Of a stretch of DNA of 64,000 bases, positions 6,988 to 16,521 are shown piece after piece. Source of the stretch: an uncultured Pseudomonadota bacterium. Lineage in GTDB: Bacteria; Pseudomonadota; Alphaproteobacteria; RF32; CAG-239. The notes under the pieces were generated by a model. The model was not told where the DNA came from. It searched no databases and saw nothing but the letters and a program-made list of their open reading frames with translations. The stretch is from NCBI GenBank assembly GCA_902799835.1, contig CADCCF010000002.1, forward strand, positions 7,338 through 71,337. The letters are read 5' to 3'. Position 1 is the first letter of the stretch, and each line of letters opens with the position of its first letter. The position numbers and the translations under genes were made by a program.

Positions 6988-7063
6988 AAAACTCTGTTAT
7001 ATCTAACACAATATTTTTATTATGCAACAAATTTTTGCCGAAACATTTATAATAATAAAAAAA

Positions 7064-7090
7064 GCGGTCTTATGCTGACCGCTTAAAACG
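7064..7090 (-). terminator. Terminator for the BOF-family gene.
   Basis: agcggtc-ttatgct-gaccgct, with a T-run on the minus strand. Confidence 0.5.
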
Positions 7091-7110
7091 AATCCATATT
7101 CGATTCTGTT

Positions 7111-7479
7111 TTATTTTTTCATAACCGACTTAGCATCAATTTCGGTTCCGTTTTTATCCTTGTCAACTTCACCCAAAATTATAACTTCATCAGTCTCGGT
7201 GATAGTGTTTCCACCCCATGCTTCCGATTCGATTTCGACAATTACAGTGCCGGTCGAATCCGCCAATTGATATTTATCACCTTTAACTTGATTGGTAATT
7301 TTTCCTGATACTTTAACCGGAGTGTCATCTTCCATCACCAAAACTTCAGCAATAGTGTTAACCGGCATGGCAGTATTTTGATAGCCGCCCCCCTTGTGGT
7401 GCTTTCCGGCATTGGCAACTGACAAACAGGCGAATCCGGCAATCAGTGTTAAGCTCATGATATACAATATTTTTCTCAT
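7111..7479 (-). CDS. Periplasmic YgiW/YdeI (BOF, bacterial OB-fold) family protein.
   Basis: Signal peptide followed by the characteristic KVSGKITNQV...KYQLADSTGTVIVEIE OB-fold pattern. Confidence 0.65.
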   Translation of the reverse strand: MRKILYIMSLTLIAGFACLSVANAGKHHKGGGYQNTAMPVNTIAEVLVMEDDTPVKVSGKITNQVKGDKYQLADSTGTVIVEIESEAWGGNTITETDEVIILGEVDKDKNGTEIDAKSVMKK

Positions 7480-7824
7480 AAATTTTCTCCTGCTGAAAAA
7501 TTTTTACGCAGTACATATATAAAGTCACAAGAATTTTTAAATAGAAATAAAGAATTATTTTTAACGAGTCGTTTTAACCTTTGCCGAATTAGTGATAAAA
7601 GGTTTAATTTTTTGCATAAATTGCCTAAAAAAATGGCGGATTTCTGCGCTGTACAGGTTATTAATATTTTTATCCTCATGGCAAAAAAAATTTTTTATGA
7701 CACGATTTTAAATAGATAGGTGCGGAATCCAAATTATCAACAAAATTTTATTCTTAACAGCTATTGAGAGCTTTATTTTTATCTGTAAAAATCATCCTCA
7801 ACAGTTTCGCAAAAAAAATTGTGC

Positions 7825-7873
7825 ATACTATATCTAGTATATTTACTTTTTGTTAAGACTATATATTGTATGT
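7825..7873 (+). promoter_or_regulatory. Two NrdR-box-like 16-bp palindromes with centres 32 bp apart, upstream of nrdD.
   Basis: ATACTATATCTAGTAT at 7825-7840 and ACTATATATTGTATGT around 7858-7873. They are compared with the NrdR-box consensus (acaCwAtATaTwGtgt) from established knowledge. Confidence 0.4.
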
Positions 7874-7933
7874 TATCAGCAACAGAGCAAAAAATGGTTT
7901 AATCTTTTAAGCAGTGAAAGAAAGACAATAGAA

Positions 7934-9994
7934 ATGACTAAAGCAACCGCAAAAAATTCATCTGCCGCCGAAGAAAATATCGGCATCGCTCAAATTTCAA
8001 AACGCGATGGTACATTGGCTCCTTTCGATTCAGAGAGAATCTTTAATGCTATTAACAAAGCAGGTTCTGCCACCAAAGAATTTGATGAGGATGAAAGCCG
8101 TCTGTTAACCGCTCAGGTTTTGAAGGTTTTGAAACATAAGTTCTCTGCAAAAAATTTGCCTTCAATCGAACAAATTCAAGATATTGTTGAGCAGGTTTTG
8201 ATTTCGGCTAACTATTTTAACACCGCCAAGGCCTACATTTTGTATCGTGACCAACGCACCCGCGTTCGCCAAGACAACAAAGTTATGGTTGATGTTGAGA
8301 GTTCGGTTAATGAATATTTGGAAAAGTTGGATTGGCGTATTAATGAAAATGCCAACCAAGGTTATTCCAATGGTGGATTGATTTTGAATGTTGCCGGTAA
8401 GGTAACTGCCAATTATTGGTTGAGCCATGTTTATCCGGCAGCTATCGGTGAGGCTCACCGCAATGGTGATTTTCATATCCATGATTTGAGCATGTTGGCA
8501 GCTTATTGTGCCGGTTGGTCATTAAAGAATCTTCTTCATGAAGGTTTTAACGGAGTTCCCGGCAAAGCTGAGGCTGGACCGGCCAAACACTTAAGTGCCG
8601 CAGTTGGTCAGATGGTTAACTTTATGGGTACTTTGCAAAATGAGTGGGCGGGAGCTCAGGCTTTTTCATCAGTTGATACCTATCTTGCTCCTTATGTTCG
8701 CAAAGATAAATTGTCATATAAACAAGTATATCAGAGCATGCAGGAATTGATTTATAACTTAAACGTTCCTTCTCGTTGGGGTTCACAAACACCTTTCACT
8801 AACTTCACTTTCGATTGGGTTTGTCCGGAAGATTTGCGTGATAAACATCCTTTGATTGCTGGTGTTGAACAAGACTTCACCTATGGCGATTTAAAAGACG
8901 AGATGCACATGATTAACAAAGCCTACATCGAAGTTATGATGAAAGGCGATACCAAAGGTCGTCCGTTTACCTTCCCGATTCCCACCTATAATATGACACC
9001 TGATTTTCCGTGGGAAGACGAAAACACTGAATTGTTGTTCGAAATGACCGCCAAATACGGCTTGCCTTATTTCCAGAACTTTATCAATTCTGTATTAAAA
9101 CCCGGTCAAATTCGTTCAATGTGTTGCCGTCTGCAATTAGACTTGCGCGAATTGTTGGCTCGCGGCAACGGCTTGTTTGGCTCGGCTGAACAAACCGGTT
9201 CAATTGGTGTTGTTACCATCAACTGCGCTCGTTTGGGCTATGTTTACAAAGGCAACGAAGCCGGTCTTTATGCTCGTTTGGATGAATTGATGGATATGGC
9301 CAAGGTATCCTTGGAAATCAAACGTAAACTCATTCAGCGCCTGATTGACCAAGGATTATTCCCTTATACCAAACGTTATTTGGGAACTTTACGCAACCAC
9401 TTCTCAACCATTGGTGTTAATGGCATCAACGAGATGATTAGAAACTTCACCAATGATGAACACGAAATTGCCGATGAATGGGGACAAGCTTTTGCTGTTA
9501 AATTCTTGGATTATATTCGCGATCGTTTGGTCAAAATTCAAGAAGAAACCGGTCATATGTATAACCTCGAAGCCACTCCGGCTGAGGGTGCAACAACTCG
9601 TTTTGCCCGTGAAGATAAAAAACGTTTTGCTGACATTATCCAAGCCGGTCCGAAAGAGAATCCTTTTTATACCAATTCATCACAGTTGCCGGTTGGCTAC
9701 ACCGATGATCCGTTTGAAGCTTTGGAATTACAATCAACTCTTCAAACCAAGTACACCGGAGGAACCGTGTTGCACCTTTACATGGGACAGCGTATTTCCT
9801 CAGCCAAAGTTTGTCGCGACATTGTAAAACGTGTTTTGACAAACTACCGGTTGCCTTATGTTACCATCACCCCGACTTTTTCCATTTGCCCAAAACATGG
9901 ATATATCTCGGGAGAACATAAATACTGCCCGATTTGTGATGAAGAAAAGAAGGCAGCAAAAAGAGCCGCAGCATCAAGAAAAGATGTTGCTTAA
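7934..9994 (+). CDS. nrdD: Anaerobic ribonucleoside-triphosphate reductase large (catalytic) polypeptide with an N-terminal ATP-cone. The glycyl-radical motif is not in this ORF.
   Basis: ATP-cone ISKRDGTLAPFDSERIFNAINKAG and a class III RNR body. It ends in a Cys/His cluster CPKHGYISGEHKYCPIC. The start was set at the internal ATG 7934 of track ORF 7850. Confidence 0.85.
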   Translation: MTKATAKNSSAAEENIGIAQISKRDGTLAPFDSERIFNAINKAGSATKEFDEDESRLLTAQVLKVLKHKFSAKNLPSIEQIQDIVEQVLISANYFNTAKAYILYRDQRTRVRQDNKVMVDVESSVNEYLEKLDWRINENANQGYSNGGLILNVAGKVTANYWLSHVYPAAIGEAHRNGDFHIHDLSMLAAYCAGWSLKNLLHEGFNGVPGKAEAGPAKHLSAAVGQMVNFMGTLQNEWAGAQAFSSVDTYLAPYVRKDKLSYKQVYQSMQELIYNLNVPSRWGSQTPFTNFTFDWVCPEDLRDKHPLIAGVEQDFTYGDLKDEMHMINKAYIEVMMKGDTKGRPFTFPIPTYNMTPDFPWEDENTELLFEMTAKYGLPYFQNFINSVLKPGQIRSMCCRLQLDLRELLARGNGLFGSAEQTGSIGVVTINCARLGYVYKGNEAGLYARLDELMDMAKVSLEIKRKLIQRLIDQGLFPYTKRYLGTLRNHFSTIGVNGINEMIRNFTNDEHEIADEWGQAFAVKFLDYIRDRLVKIQEETGHMYNLEATPAEGATTRFAREDKKRFADIIQAGPKENPFYTNSSQLPVGYTDDPFEALELQSTLQTKYTGGTVLHLYMGQRISSAKVCRDIVKRVLTNYRLPYVTITPTFSICPKHGYISGEHKYCPICDEEKKAAKRAAASRKDVA

Positions 9995-10037
9995 GAACCG
10001 AATTTATATTATAATAACAACCACTGGAGAAAAAAGA

Positions 10038-10256
10038 ATGACAACTATTAATTTTGAAGACATTAAATTGAGCGATGAAGAGAGACAACCTTGTGAAGTA
10101 TGGACAAGAGTTATGGGTTATCTTCGTCCTTATTCTGAGTTCAATGTAGGCAAAAAGTCTGAATTTGATTCGCGTGTTTGCTTCTCAGAACTCAAAGCAG
10201 TTAATGGCTGCGCTTGTCATTGTGAATGTGATGTTGAAGCTATTGCGGCAGAATAA
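10038..10256 (+). CDS. Small 72-aa protein carrying the NrdD-type glycyl-radical loop (TRVMGYLRP) and a Cys-rich tail. It is the separately encoded C-terminal piece of NrdD.
   Basis: Own SD GGAG 9 nt upstream of ATG 10038 and 43 nt after the nrdD stop. Sequence MTTINFEDIKLSDEERQPCEVWTRVMGYLRPYSEF...CACHCECD. Confidence 0.65.
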   Translation: MTTINFEDIKLSDEERQPCEVWTRVMGYLRPYSEFNVGKKSEFDSRVCFSELKAVNGCACHCECDVEAIAAE

Positions 10257-10263
10257 TTAACTA

Positions 10264-10968
10264 ATGAATAATTCAAAAATTGTAGTCGGCGGCGTTGAGA
10301 AATTCAGCGCCGTTGATTTTCCCGGGGTATTAAGTGCTGTAGTGTTTATGCAAGGATGCCCGTGGAAATGCCCTTATTGCCACAATGCCTCTATCCGAGA
10401 AATATTGAAAGAAAACAGCTTTTCATGGGAGAAGTTTGTTGATTTTTTACGCAAAAGGGTGGGGCGATTAGATGCCGTAACTTTTTCCGGCGGTGAGCCT
10501 TTGGTGCAGGATTGTTTGGGCGATGCTATTAAGGAAGTTAAAGAGTTAGGATTTAAAATTGGATTGCATACCGGAGGTTATCGTCCGGAGCATTTGGCTA
10601 AAATATTACCTCTGGTCGATTGGGTCGGCTTAGATATAAAGGCACCTTTTGATGAGGCAAAATATCAGGCAATTATCAGGGTTAATCATCTGAAAAAAGT
10701 TGAAGATAGTTTAGATTTGTTGCTTCAATGGGGCGGTGATTTTGAATGTCGCACCACTTGTGATCCGCGGTTCTTAAGTATTGAAGATTTATGGGTAATC
10801 GCTAAAACCTTAAAAGAAAAGGGTGTAAAAAAGTATTTTCTGCAAAAATATCGTCCGGTTGAAAGTGATAAAACCAGCACTGATGATATGTGTGAAAGGT
10901 TAGTTAGCGATTCGGGATTGTTGAAGTATTTGCAAGAAAATTTTGAGAATTTTGAAGTTAGGAAATAA
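10264..10968 (+). CDS. nrdG: Anaerobic ribonucleotide reductase activating enzyme (radical SAM).
   Basis: CPWKCPYCHN radical-SAM cluster motif with a glycine-rich SAM site FSGGEPL. Position is right after nrdD. Confidence 0.85.
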   Translation: MNNSKIVVGGVEKFSAVDFPGVLSAVVFMQGCPWKCPYCHNASIREILKENSFSWEKFVDFLRKRVGRLDAVTFSGGEPLVQDCLGDAIKEVKELGFKIGLHTGGYRPEHLAKILPLVDWVGLDIKAPFDEAKYQAIIRVNHLKKVEDSLDLLLQWGGDFECRTTCDPRFLSIEDLWVIAKTLKEKGVKKYFLQKYRPVESDKTSTDDMCERLVSDSGLLKYLQENFENFEVRK

Positions 10969-11133
10969 ATCAGCTTTTTTACAATATATTAACTACAATA
11001 ACACTAATATATTAAACGATTTTGAGAATACAGAGTCGCTTTTTTGTTGCAATTTAGACAAAAATATGCTACAAATAAAGAAGACATGGATTTTTGATGT
11101 CAAATCTAACGCAATATTTTAAGGAGAAAAGTC

Positions 11134-11808
11134 ATGATTACAAATGAAGATGCTGCTAGATTATTTGAACAACCGACCATCGAAGCCATCCCTAGTGATA
11201 TGAAACGTATTATAATTCCGGCTTACGGATTTGCTGGAGCTAAAGATGCAAAGAGGCAAGAATGGGGTGCTGATGGTCCGTTTATGGAAGATGTTAAAGG
11301 TCTTGTTTTCAAGAATCCTAAGGATGATGCTGATCAAGTATTAAAACAAGGCGATGGAGTTTTGATTTGTTATGATGCCCCTGGTCGCAAAGAGAAAATT
11401 GAACAATATTTGAAAGATAATCCGTCCACCTTTATGACCGCAGGACAAGTGCAAAGGTTTATTGATTATTTGACTACAAATGTTGTTAATGAAGGTGGAA
11501 AAGCTGATTTATGGGATTCAGACTTAGCTTTTGCTTCTGGATTAAAAGATGCACCAGCGAAAGAAGAAATGAAACCGGGAATGGTTTTCACCGGAGTTAA
11601 GAAAAAGGAAGCTGTTCAAGCTGTGTTTGTTAAAGAGGGAGTACAGTTTGAAGGAGCTGAGGGTAAACCCCAAACTGCTGGTAAGGATGGAGCATATATA
11701 ATTAAAGATAGTGCCGGATTAAGAATGATTCAAAAAGCCGAGTTTGCCAAGGCTTATCAAATTACCAAGATACCTCCGGTTCAATCAAATGACAAAGTCA
11801 GAGGTTAA
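11134..11808 (+). CDS. Hypothetical soluble protein (224 aa).
   Basis: SD AAGGAG upstream. A terminator follows. Confidence 0.55.
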   Translation: MITNEDAARLFEQPTIEAIPSDMKRIIIPAYGFAGAKDAKRQEWGADGPFMEDVKGLVFKNPKDDADQVLKQGDGVLICYDAPGRKEKIEQYLKDNPSTFMTAGQVQRFIDYLTTNVVNEGGKADLWDSDLAFASGLKDAPAKEEMKPGMVFTGVKKKEAVQAVFVKEGVQFEGAEGKPQTAGKDGAYIIKDSAGLRMIQKAEFAKAYQITKIPPVQSNDKVRG

Positions 11809-11825
11809 TTAGTAAAAAACAGAAA

Positions 11826-11850
11826 GGAGCCTTGCGGCTCCTTTTTTTAT
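11826..11850. terminator. Bidirectional terminator between convergent genes.
   Basis: ggagcc-ttgc-ggctcc plus TTTTTTT. Confidence 0.7.
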
Positions 11851-13014
11851 TTAAGCACACAGTTCTTCGGCTAACTTTTCCAATTGGGCTAAATCAGCTT
11901 TTTTCATAGCCGATTTGATAGTTATTTTATTTTCGCAAAATGTCAGATTTTTGCAACCTTCCAAAGCCTCACACATTTTTTTTGCTGCCATTGGTGCCCA
12001 AGATCCGTTTTCAATCAAACCGACTTGGCGATTCTGATAATTTTTATCACGTAATTGAGCAATAAAGTTTTCCATCTGCGGCATCATGCCGGCATCATGG
12101 GTGGAACTGGCTAAAACCAAGCGATCATACCGAAAAGCATCTTCCACTGCTTCAGCCATATCTTCACGTGCCAAATCGGTAATAGCCGCTTTTTCTCCTT
12201 TTGCTTCCAACATTTCTTTCAGTTTTAATGCCGCGGCTTTAGTGTGTCCATAAATTGAAGTATAAGCAATAAATATACCTTTGTCTTCCGGCTCATAACT
12301 ACTCCAAATATTATATTTGTTTAGATAATAATCCAAATTTTCGGTCAGCATCGGACCATGCAGAGGGAATATTTTTTGAATATCAAGATTAGCCGCTTTT
12401 TTCAAAACATTCTGTACTTGAACTCCGTATTTGCCGACAATATTGAAATAATAGCGGCGTGCTTCACAAGCCCAATCTTCATCCGTGTCCAAAGTGCCAA
12501 ATTTACCGAATGCATCAGCTGAGAACAAAACTTTGTCCTTTTTATCATAGGCAAACATGACTTCCGGCCAATGCACCATCGGTGCGGCAATAAAAGATAA
12601 TTTATGTTCACCCAAATCCAATTCAACGCCTTCTTTGACTTCAATTTTGCGATTCGTCACATCCAAATTTTCAAAAAATTGCTCTAATAGGGCAAAACTT
12701 TTGGCGCTGGAAACCATTTTCGCCTCAGGATAGGCTTCCATAAATTTAGCAATATTGGCGGCATGATCCGGTTCCATATGCAAAACAACCAGATAATCCG
12801 GTTTTTTATCGCCCAAAACCGCTTGCAAATTGGCAAACCATTCTTGCGTAACTCGTTTATCAGCAGTATCAACAATTGCAATCTTCGTATCTTTAATTAC
12901 ATAGGAATTATAAGTTATCCCGTTGGGAACAATATATTGCCCCTCAAATAAATCGAGAGTTTTATCGTCCACGCCGATATAAAAAATATCGTTGGTTAAT
13001 TGGATATTTTGCAT
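11851..13014 (-). CDS. Flavodiiron protein (metallo-beta-lactamase-like plus flavodoxin domains; rubredoxin:oxygen / NO reductase type).
   Basis: HMEPDH di-iron motif and a C-terminal flavodoxin-like domain. The start is at ATG 13014 with SD AAGGA, which avoids overlap with cysS. The track ORF extends to 13062. Confidence 0.8.
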   Translation of the reverse strand: MQNIQLTNDIFYIGVDDKTLDLFEGQYIVPNGITYNSYVIKDTKIAIVDTADKRVTQEWFANLQAVLGDKKPDYLVVLHMEPDHAANIAKFMEAYPEAKMVSSAKSFALLEQFFENLDVTNRKIEVKEGVELDLGEHKLSFIAAPMVHWPEVMFAYDKKDKVLFSADAFGKFGTLDTDEDWACEARRYYFNIVGKYGVQVQNVLKKAANLDIQKIFPLHGPMLTENLDYYLNKYNIWSSYEPEDKGIFIAYTSIYGHTKAAALKLKEMLEAKGEKAAITDLAREDMAEAVEDAFRYDRLVLASSTHDAGMMPQMENFIAQLRDKNYQNRQVGLIENGSWAPMAAKKMCEALEGCKNLTFCENKITIKSAMKKADLAQLEKLAEELCA

Positions 13015-13046
13015 GAGTTTTTCCTTTTTTGATTCAAATATTATTT

Positions 13047-14414
13047 TTATATTTTTTTCCAAGTAGTTCCGGTCGAGGAATCTTCCAAAACAATACCTTG
13101 AGCCTTCAGGTCATCACGAATTTTGTCGGCCAAAGCAAAATTTTTGTTCTTTTTAGCTTCTTTGCGCTCAGCTATCAATTTTTCAATTTCTTGAGCTTCG
13201 TCAGTCGATTCGCCTTTAAACCAAATTGAAGGATCTTGATATAGCAAACCCAGCAATTCGGCCGATGCCAACAGCAAAGATTTTTTATCCATCATACTTT
13301 TTTCATCAGAAGCTTTATTCAAATCACCGACCAATTCATGAATATAGCTCAAAGCCAGTGGTGTGTTAAGGTCATCTTCCAAAGCTTTTACTACTCTTTC
13401 ATCAGGTGCAACATCTTGCTTAGCAATGTCCTTAACCCGCAACAAAGCATTATAAAATTTATCCAAAGTTTGTTTTGCTGCTTCCAAGCCGTCAAAAGTA
13501 AAGTTGAACGGTTGGTGATAATGTGTCGTTAAAAAAGTCAAACGCAAAGCTTCGGCAGGTACCTTGTCCAAAATCTGGTCAATAGTATAAAAATTACCCA
13601 AAGATTTTGACATTTTAACCCCGTTAACCATCAGCATACCGCCATGAACCCAATAATGAGCAAAGTCATCATTAGGGTGGGCACACATTGATTGAGCACA
13701 CTCATTTTCGTGGTGCGGAAATATCAAATCAGAGCCGCCACCATGAATATCAAACGAATTGCCCAACAATTTTGCGCTCATTGCCGAACATTCCAAATGC
13801 CAACCCGGACGACCAAACCCCCAAGGGCTGTTCCACCCCGGTTGAGTTTCATCAGATGGCTTCCATAACACAAAATCTTCCGGATTCTTTTTGTAATCAG
13901 CGACTTCGATTCGTGCCCCTGCCAACATCTCTTTGCGTGAACGTTTGGATAAAAATCCGTAGTTTGACATCGATTCTACATCAAACAAAACATGACCTTT
14001 TGCTTCATAGGCATGACCGTTTTTGATTAATAATTCTACTAATTCAATCATCTCATTGATATACTCGGTTGCCTTGGGGCGGTGGTTGGGTGGCAAAACA
14101 TTCAGCCGTGCCATATCATCTATATACCACTGATAAGTCTGCTCGGTAATTTCCTTAATCGATTTTCCGGTAGCAATAGATTTGTTGATAATCTTATCAT
14201 CAATATCTGTAATATTGGAAACATAAGTCACATGCTCTTTGCCGTATATATGACGTAACAAGCGGTATAAAATATCAAATACCACCGGTGTTTTAATGTT
14301 TCCCAAATGAGCATGGTCATAAACTGTCGGACCGCATACATACATTCTGACATTATTTGCGTCAATCGGCTTAAACTCTTCTTTTAACCCGCTTAATGTA
14401 TTAAAAATTTGCAT
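13047..14414 (-). CDS. cysS: Cysteinyl-tRNA synthetase.
   Basis: HLGN (HIGH-type) and KMSKS motifs. Confidence 0.92.
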   Translation of the reverse strand: MQIFNTLSGLKEEFKPIDANNVRMYVCGPTVYDHAHLGNIKTPVVFDILYRLLRHIYGKEHVTYVSNITDIDDKIINKSIATGKSIKEITEQTYQWYIDDMARLNVLPPNHRPKATEYINEMIELVELLIKNGHAYEAKGHVLFDVESMSNYGFLSKRSRKEMLAGARIEVADYKKNPEDFVLWKPSDETQPGWNSPWGFGRPGWHLECSAMSAKLLGNSFDIHGGGSDLIFPHHENECAQSMCAHPNDDFAHYWVHGGMLMVNGVKMSKSLGNFYTIDQILDKVPAEALRLTFLTTHYHQPFNFTFDGLEAAKQTLDKFYNALLRVKDIAKQDVAPDERVVKALEDDLNTPLALSYIHELVGDLNKASDEKSMMDKKSLLLASAELLGLLYQDPSIWFKGESTDEAQEIEKLIAERKEAKKNKNFALADKIRDDLKAQGIVLEDSSTGTTWKKI

Positions 14415-14427
14415 AAAATCTCTCCTG

Positions 14428-15750
14428 TTAAGCCTTTTGTCCGTTCAGACGAGCTTTTGCTTTGGTGTGACCGATAAATTTCAACAAAACTTTTAATTCC
14501 GGTCCGTTTTCTAATCCGCTTAATGCCATACGTAAAGGATGGAACAAATCTTTACCTTTTTTGCCGGTTTCTTGCTTTATAGCACTAATCCAATTATTGT
14601 AGGCATCGTCTGTTGTCAAATCAGTCGGTAACACTTCGGCCGCTTTTGCGCATAAATCTTTATCTTCAATAACCGGTGAAACTTCAGCAAAACAAACATT
14701 TTGCCAAGTTGCAGCCTCTGCAACCGTATTAAGATTGCCTTTAATAGCTTCCCAAAATTCTTCTGAAATATTTAAGCGATTTTTTATGTGACTGTACTTC
14801 AGCTGATGCACAACTTTATGGTTAAACAACTTCAGTTCTTCTTCATCAAATTTGGGCTGAGAACGACCGAGTTTGCTAAAGTCTAATGATTGTGCTAAAT
14901 CGTCCAAATTATCCCATGGCTCGATTACCTCTGAAGTACCTAATTTAGCCAAAAAGGCACAAATTGCCATATTCTCGATTCCCATCGCGCGCAATTCTCT
15001 AACCCCAAGTGAACCAAGGCGTTTAGATAATTTGCCTTCTTTACCGGTCAACAATGGCAAATGTGCAAACTGAGGAGCTTTACCCCCCAAGGCTTCAAAC
15101 ATTTGGATTTGTGCTGCAGTATTGGTAACGTGATCTTCGCCGCGTACAATATGGGTGATGCCAAAATCAAAGTCATCTATAACCGACGGAAGATGGTACA
15201 AATAACTGCCATCTTCACGAATAATTACCGGATCAGCTAAATTGGCGGCATTATATTGGATATGTCCTCTTACCAAATCGTCCCACGCAATAACACCTTC
15301 GTTCAGTTTAAAGCGATAGTGTGGTTTGCGTCCTTCGGCTTCATAGCGGGCAATATCTTCTTTTGATAATTTCAAAGCTCCGCGATCATAAATTGGCGGT
15401 TTGCCTTGTGTCATAAGCTTTTTACGCATGACTTCCAATTCTTCGGCAGTTTCATAGCACGCATAGATTCTACCCTGCTCTTTTAATTGAGCGACAACTT
15501 CATCATAGCGTTTGGTGCGTGCCGATTGTCTGGCTTCCTCGTCCCAAGTAAGTCCTAACCATACTAAAATATCTCTAATAGCATCTTCATATTCTTTTTT
15601 GGATCGAACAACATCGGTATCGTCGATTCTCAACATAAACTTTCCGCCTAACTTTTTTGCCAAAAGCCAGTTAAAAACGGCTGTTCTGGTGTTACCGATA
15701 TGCATCCACCCCGTAGGACTTGGCGCAAATCTGACTTTAATATCACTCAT
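14428..15750 (-). CDS. gltX: Glutamyl-tRNA synthetase (short, 440-aa form).
   Basis: RFAPSPTGWMHIGN HIGH region and KLSKR motif. Confidence 0.9.
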   Translation of the reverse strand: MSDIKVRFAPSPTGWMHIGNTRTAVFNWLLAKKLGGKFMLRIDDTDVVRSKKEYEDAIRDILVWLGLTWDEEARQSARTKRYDEVVAQLKEQGRIYACYETAEELEVMRKKLMTQGKPPIYDRGALKLSKEDIARYEAEGRKPHYRFKLNEGVIAWDDLVRGHIQYNAANLADPVIIREDGSYLYHLPSVIDDFDFGITHIVRGEDHVTNTAAQIQMFEALGGKAPQFAHLPLLTGKEGKLSKRLGSLGVRELRAMGIENMAICAFLAKLGTSEVIEPWDNLDDLAQSLDFSKLGRSQPKFDEEELKLFNHKVVHQLKYSHIKNRLNISEEFWEAIKGNLNTVAEAATWQNVCFAEVSPVIEDKDLCAKAAEVLPTDLTTDDAYNNWISAIKQETGKKGKDLFHPLRMALSGLENGPELKVLLKFIGHTKAKARLNGQKA

Positions 15751-15803
15751 TTGTAAAAACCTTATAAAATATCACAGAAACTCCATGAACATTATAAGGT
15801 TTC

Positions 15804-16472
15804 TCAGTTAATTTCAAGGGATTTTTGCGTTGAAGCCAAACTTTCATTCAAACTGTTTTCCCAAGACCTGGTCGCATCTTCCAAATCTTCTAAAAACCAG
15901 TCAATTTCTTCATCATCTTGTGCAATCATTTGATAAAATTTGCCACGATAAGCCAACAACATACTGCTTTCGGCAACTTTTACATCAACAACTTTAATAA
16001 TTCCGTCTTTTTCATGAACTCTAAAAACCAAAGCTATTGTTTGTTTTTGAGAATTAAGGTTGAAATTAACGACGGTAAAGATATTGGTAAATTTGCCATC
16101 CACCTCAGTACTCACCACTTCATAGGTTAGGGTTGAAGCAAAATCCAACGGCAGAGTTTTATAATAAGATAAACCGTAACGTCTAAAGATATCCATATAT
16201 TTTTGCTGTTGTTCCGGCGTCATAATGCGCCAATATTTTCCAATAACAAATTTGCCGATATAATCAATATCAACATATTTTAGTATAATCTCATCCAGTT
16301 CTTTGTAGCGTTTGCTTAAATCTTTTTCTTGAAAGCTCATCAACAAAGCTTTTCCGGTGCTATTGGCAAAGTTAAGTGCATCTTGAGTTGCTACCGGCAT
16401 GGCGAAACCTATTATTGAATATAGCAAAATACTCAATCCTATAATAACTCGCAAAAATATATTACTTTTCAT
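15804..16472 (-). CDS. mlaC: MlaC/Ttg2D-family periplasmic phospholipid-binding protein.
   Basis: Signal peptide and the family-typical YWRIMTPEQQQKY...FRRYGLSYY region. Confidence 0.65.
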   Translation of the reverse strand: MKSNIFLRVIIGLSILLYSIIGFAMPVATQDALNFANSTGKALLMSFQEKDLSKRYKELDEIILKYVDIDYIGKFVIGKYWRIMTPEQQQKYMDIFRRYGLSYYKTLPLDFASTLTYEVVSTEVDGKFTNIFTVVNFNLNSQKQTIALVFRVHEKDGIIKVVDVKVAESSMLLAYRGKFYQMIAQDDEEIDWFLEDLEDATRSWENSLNESLASTQKSLEIN

Positions 16473-16521
16473 TTTTTTCTAACCTATAATACACAACAAA
16501 CGTAACCTATTATAACAATAA

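Noticed and set aside
9858-10256. Long 132-aa reading of the small nrdD-associated ORF starting inside nrdD
   Set aside because: Its upstream part overlaps the nrdD 3' end in another frame. The internal ATG 10038 has a proper GGAG SD and gives the conserved glycyl-radical peptide.
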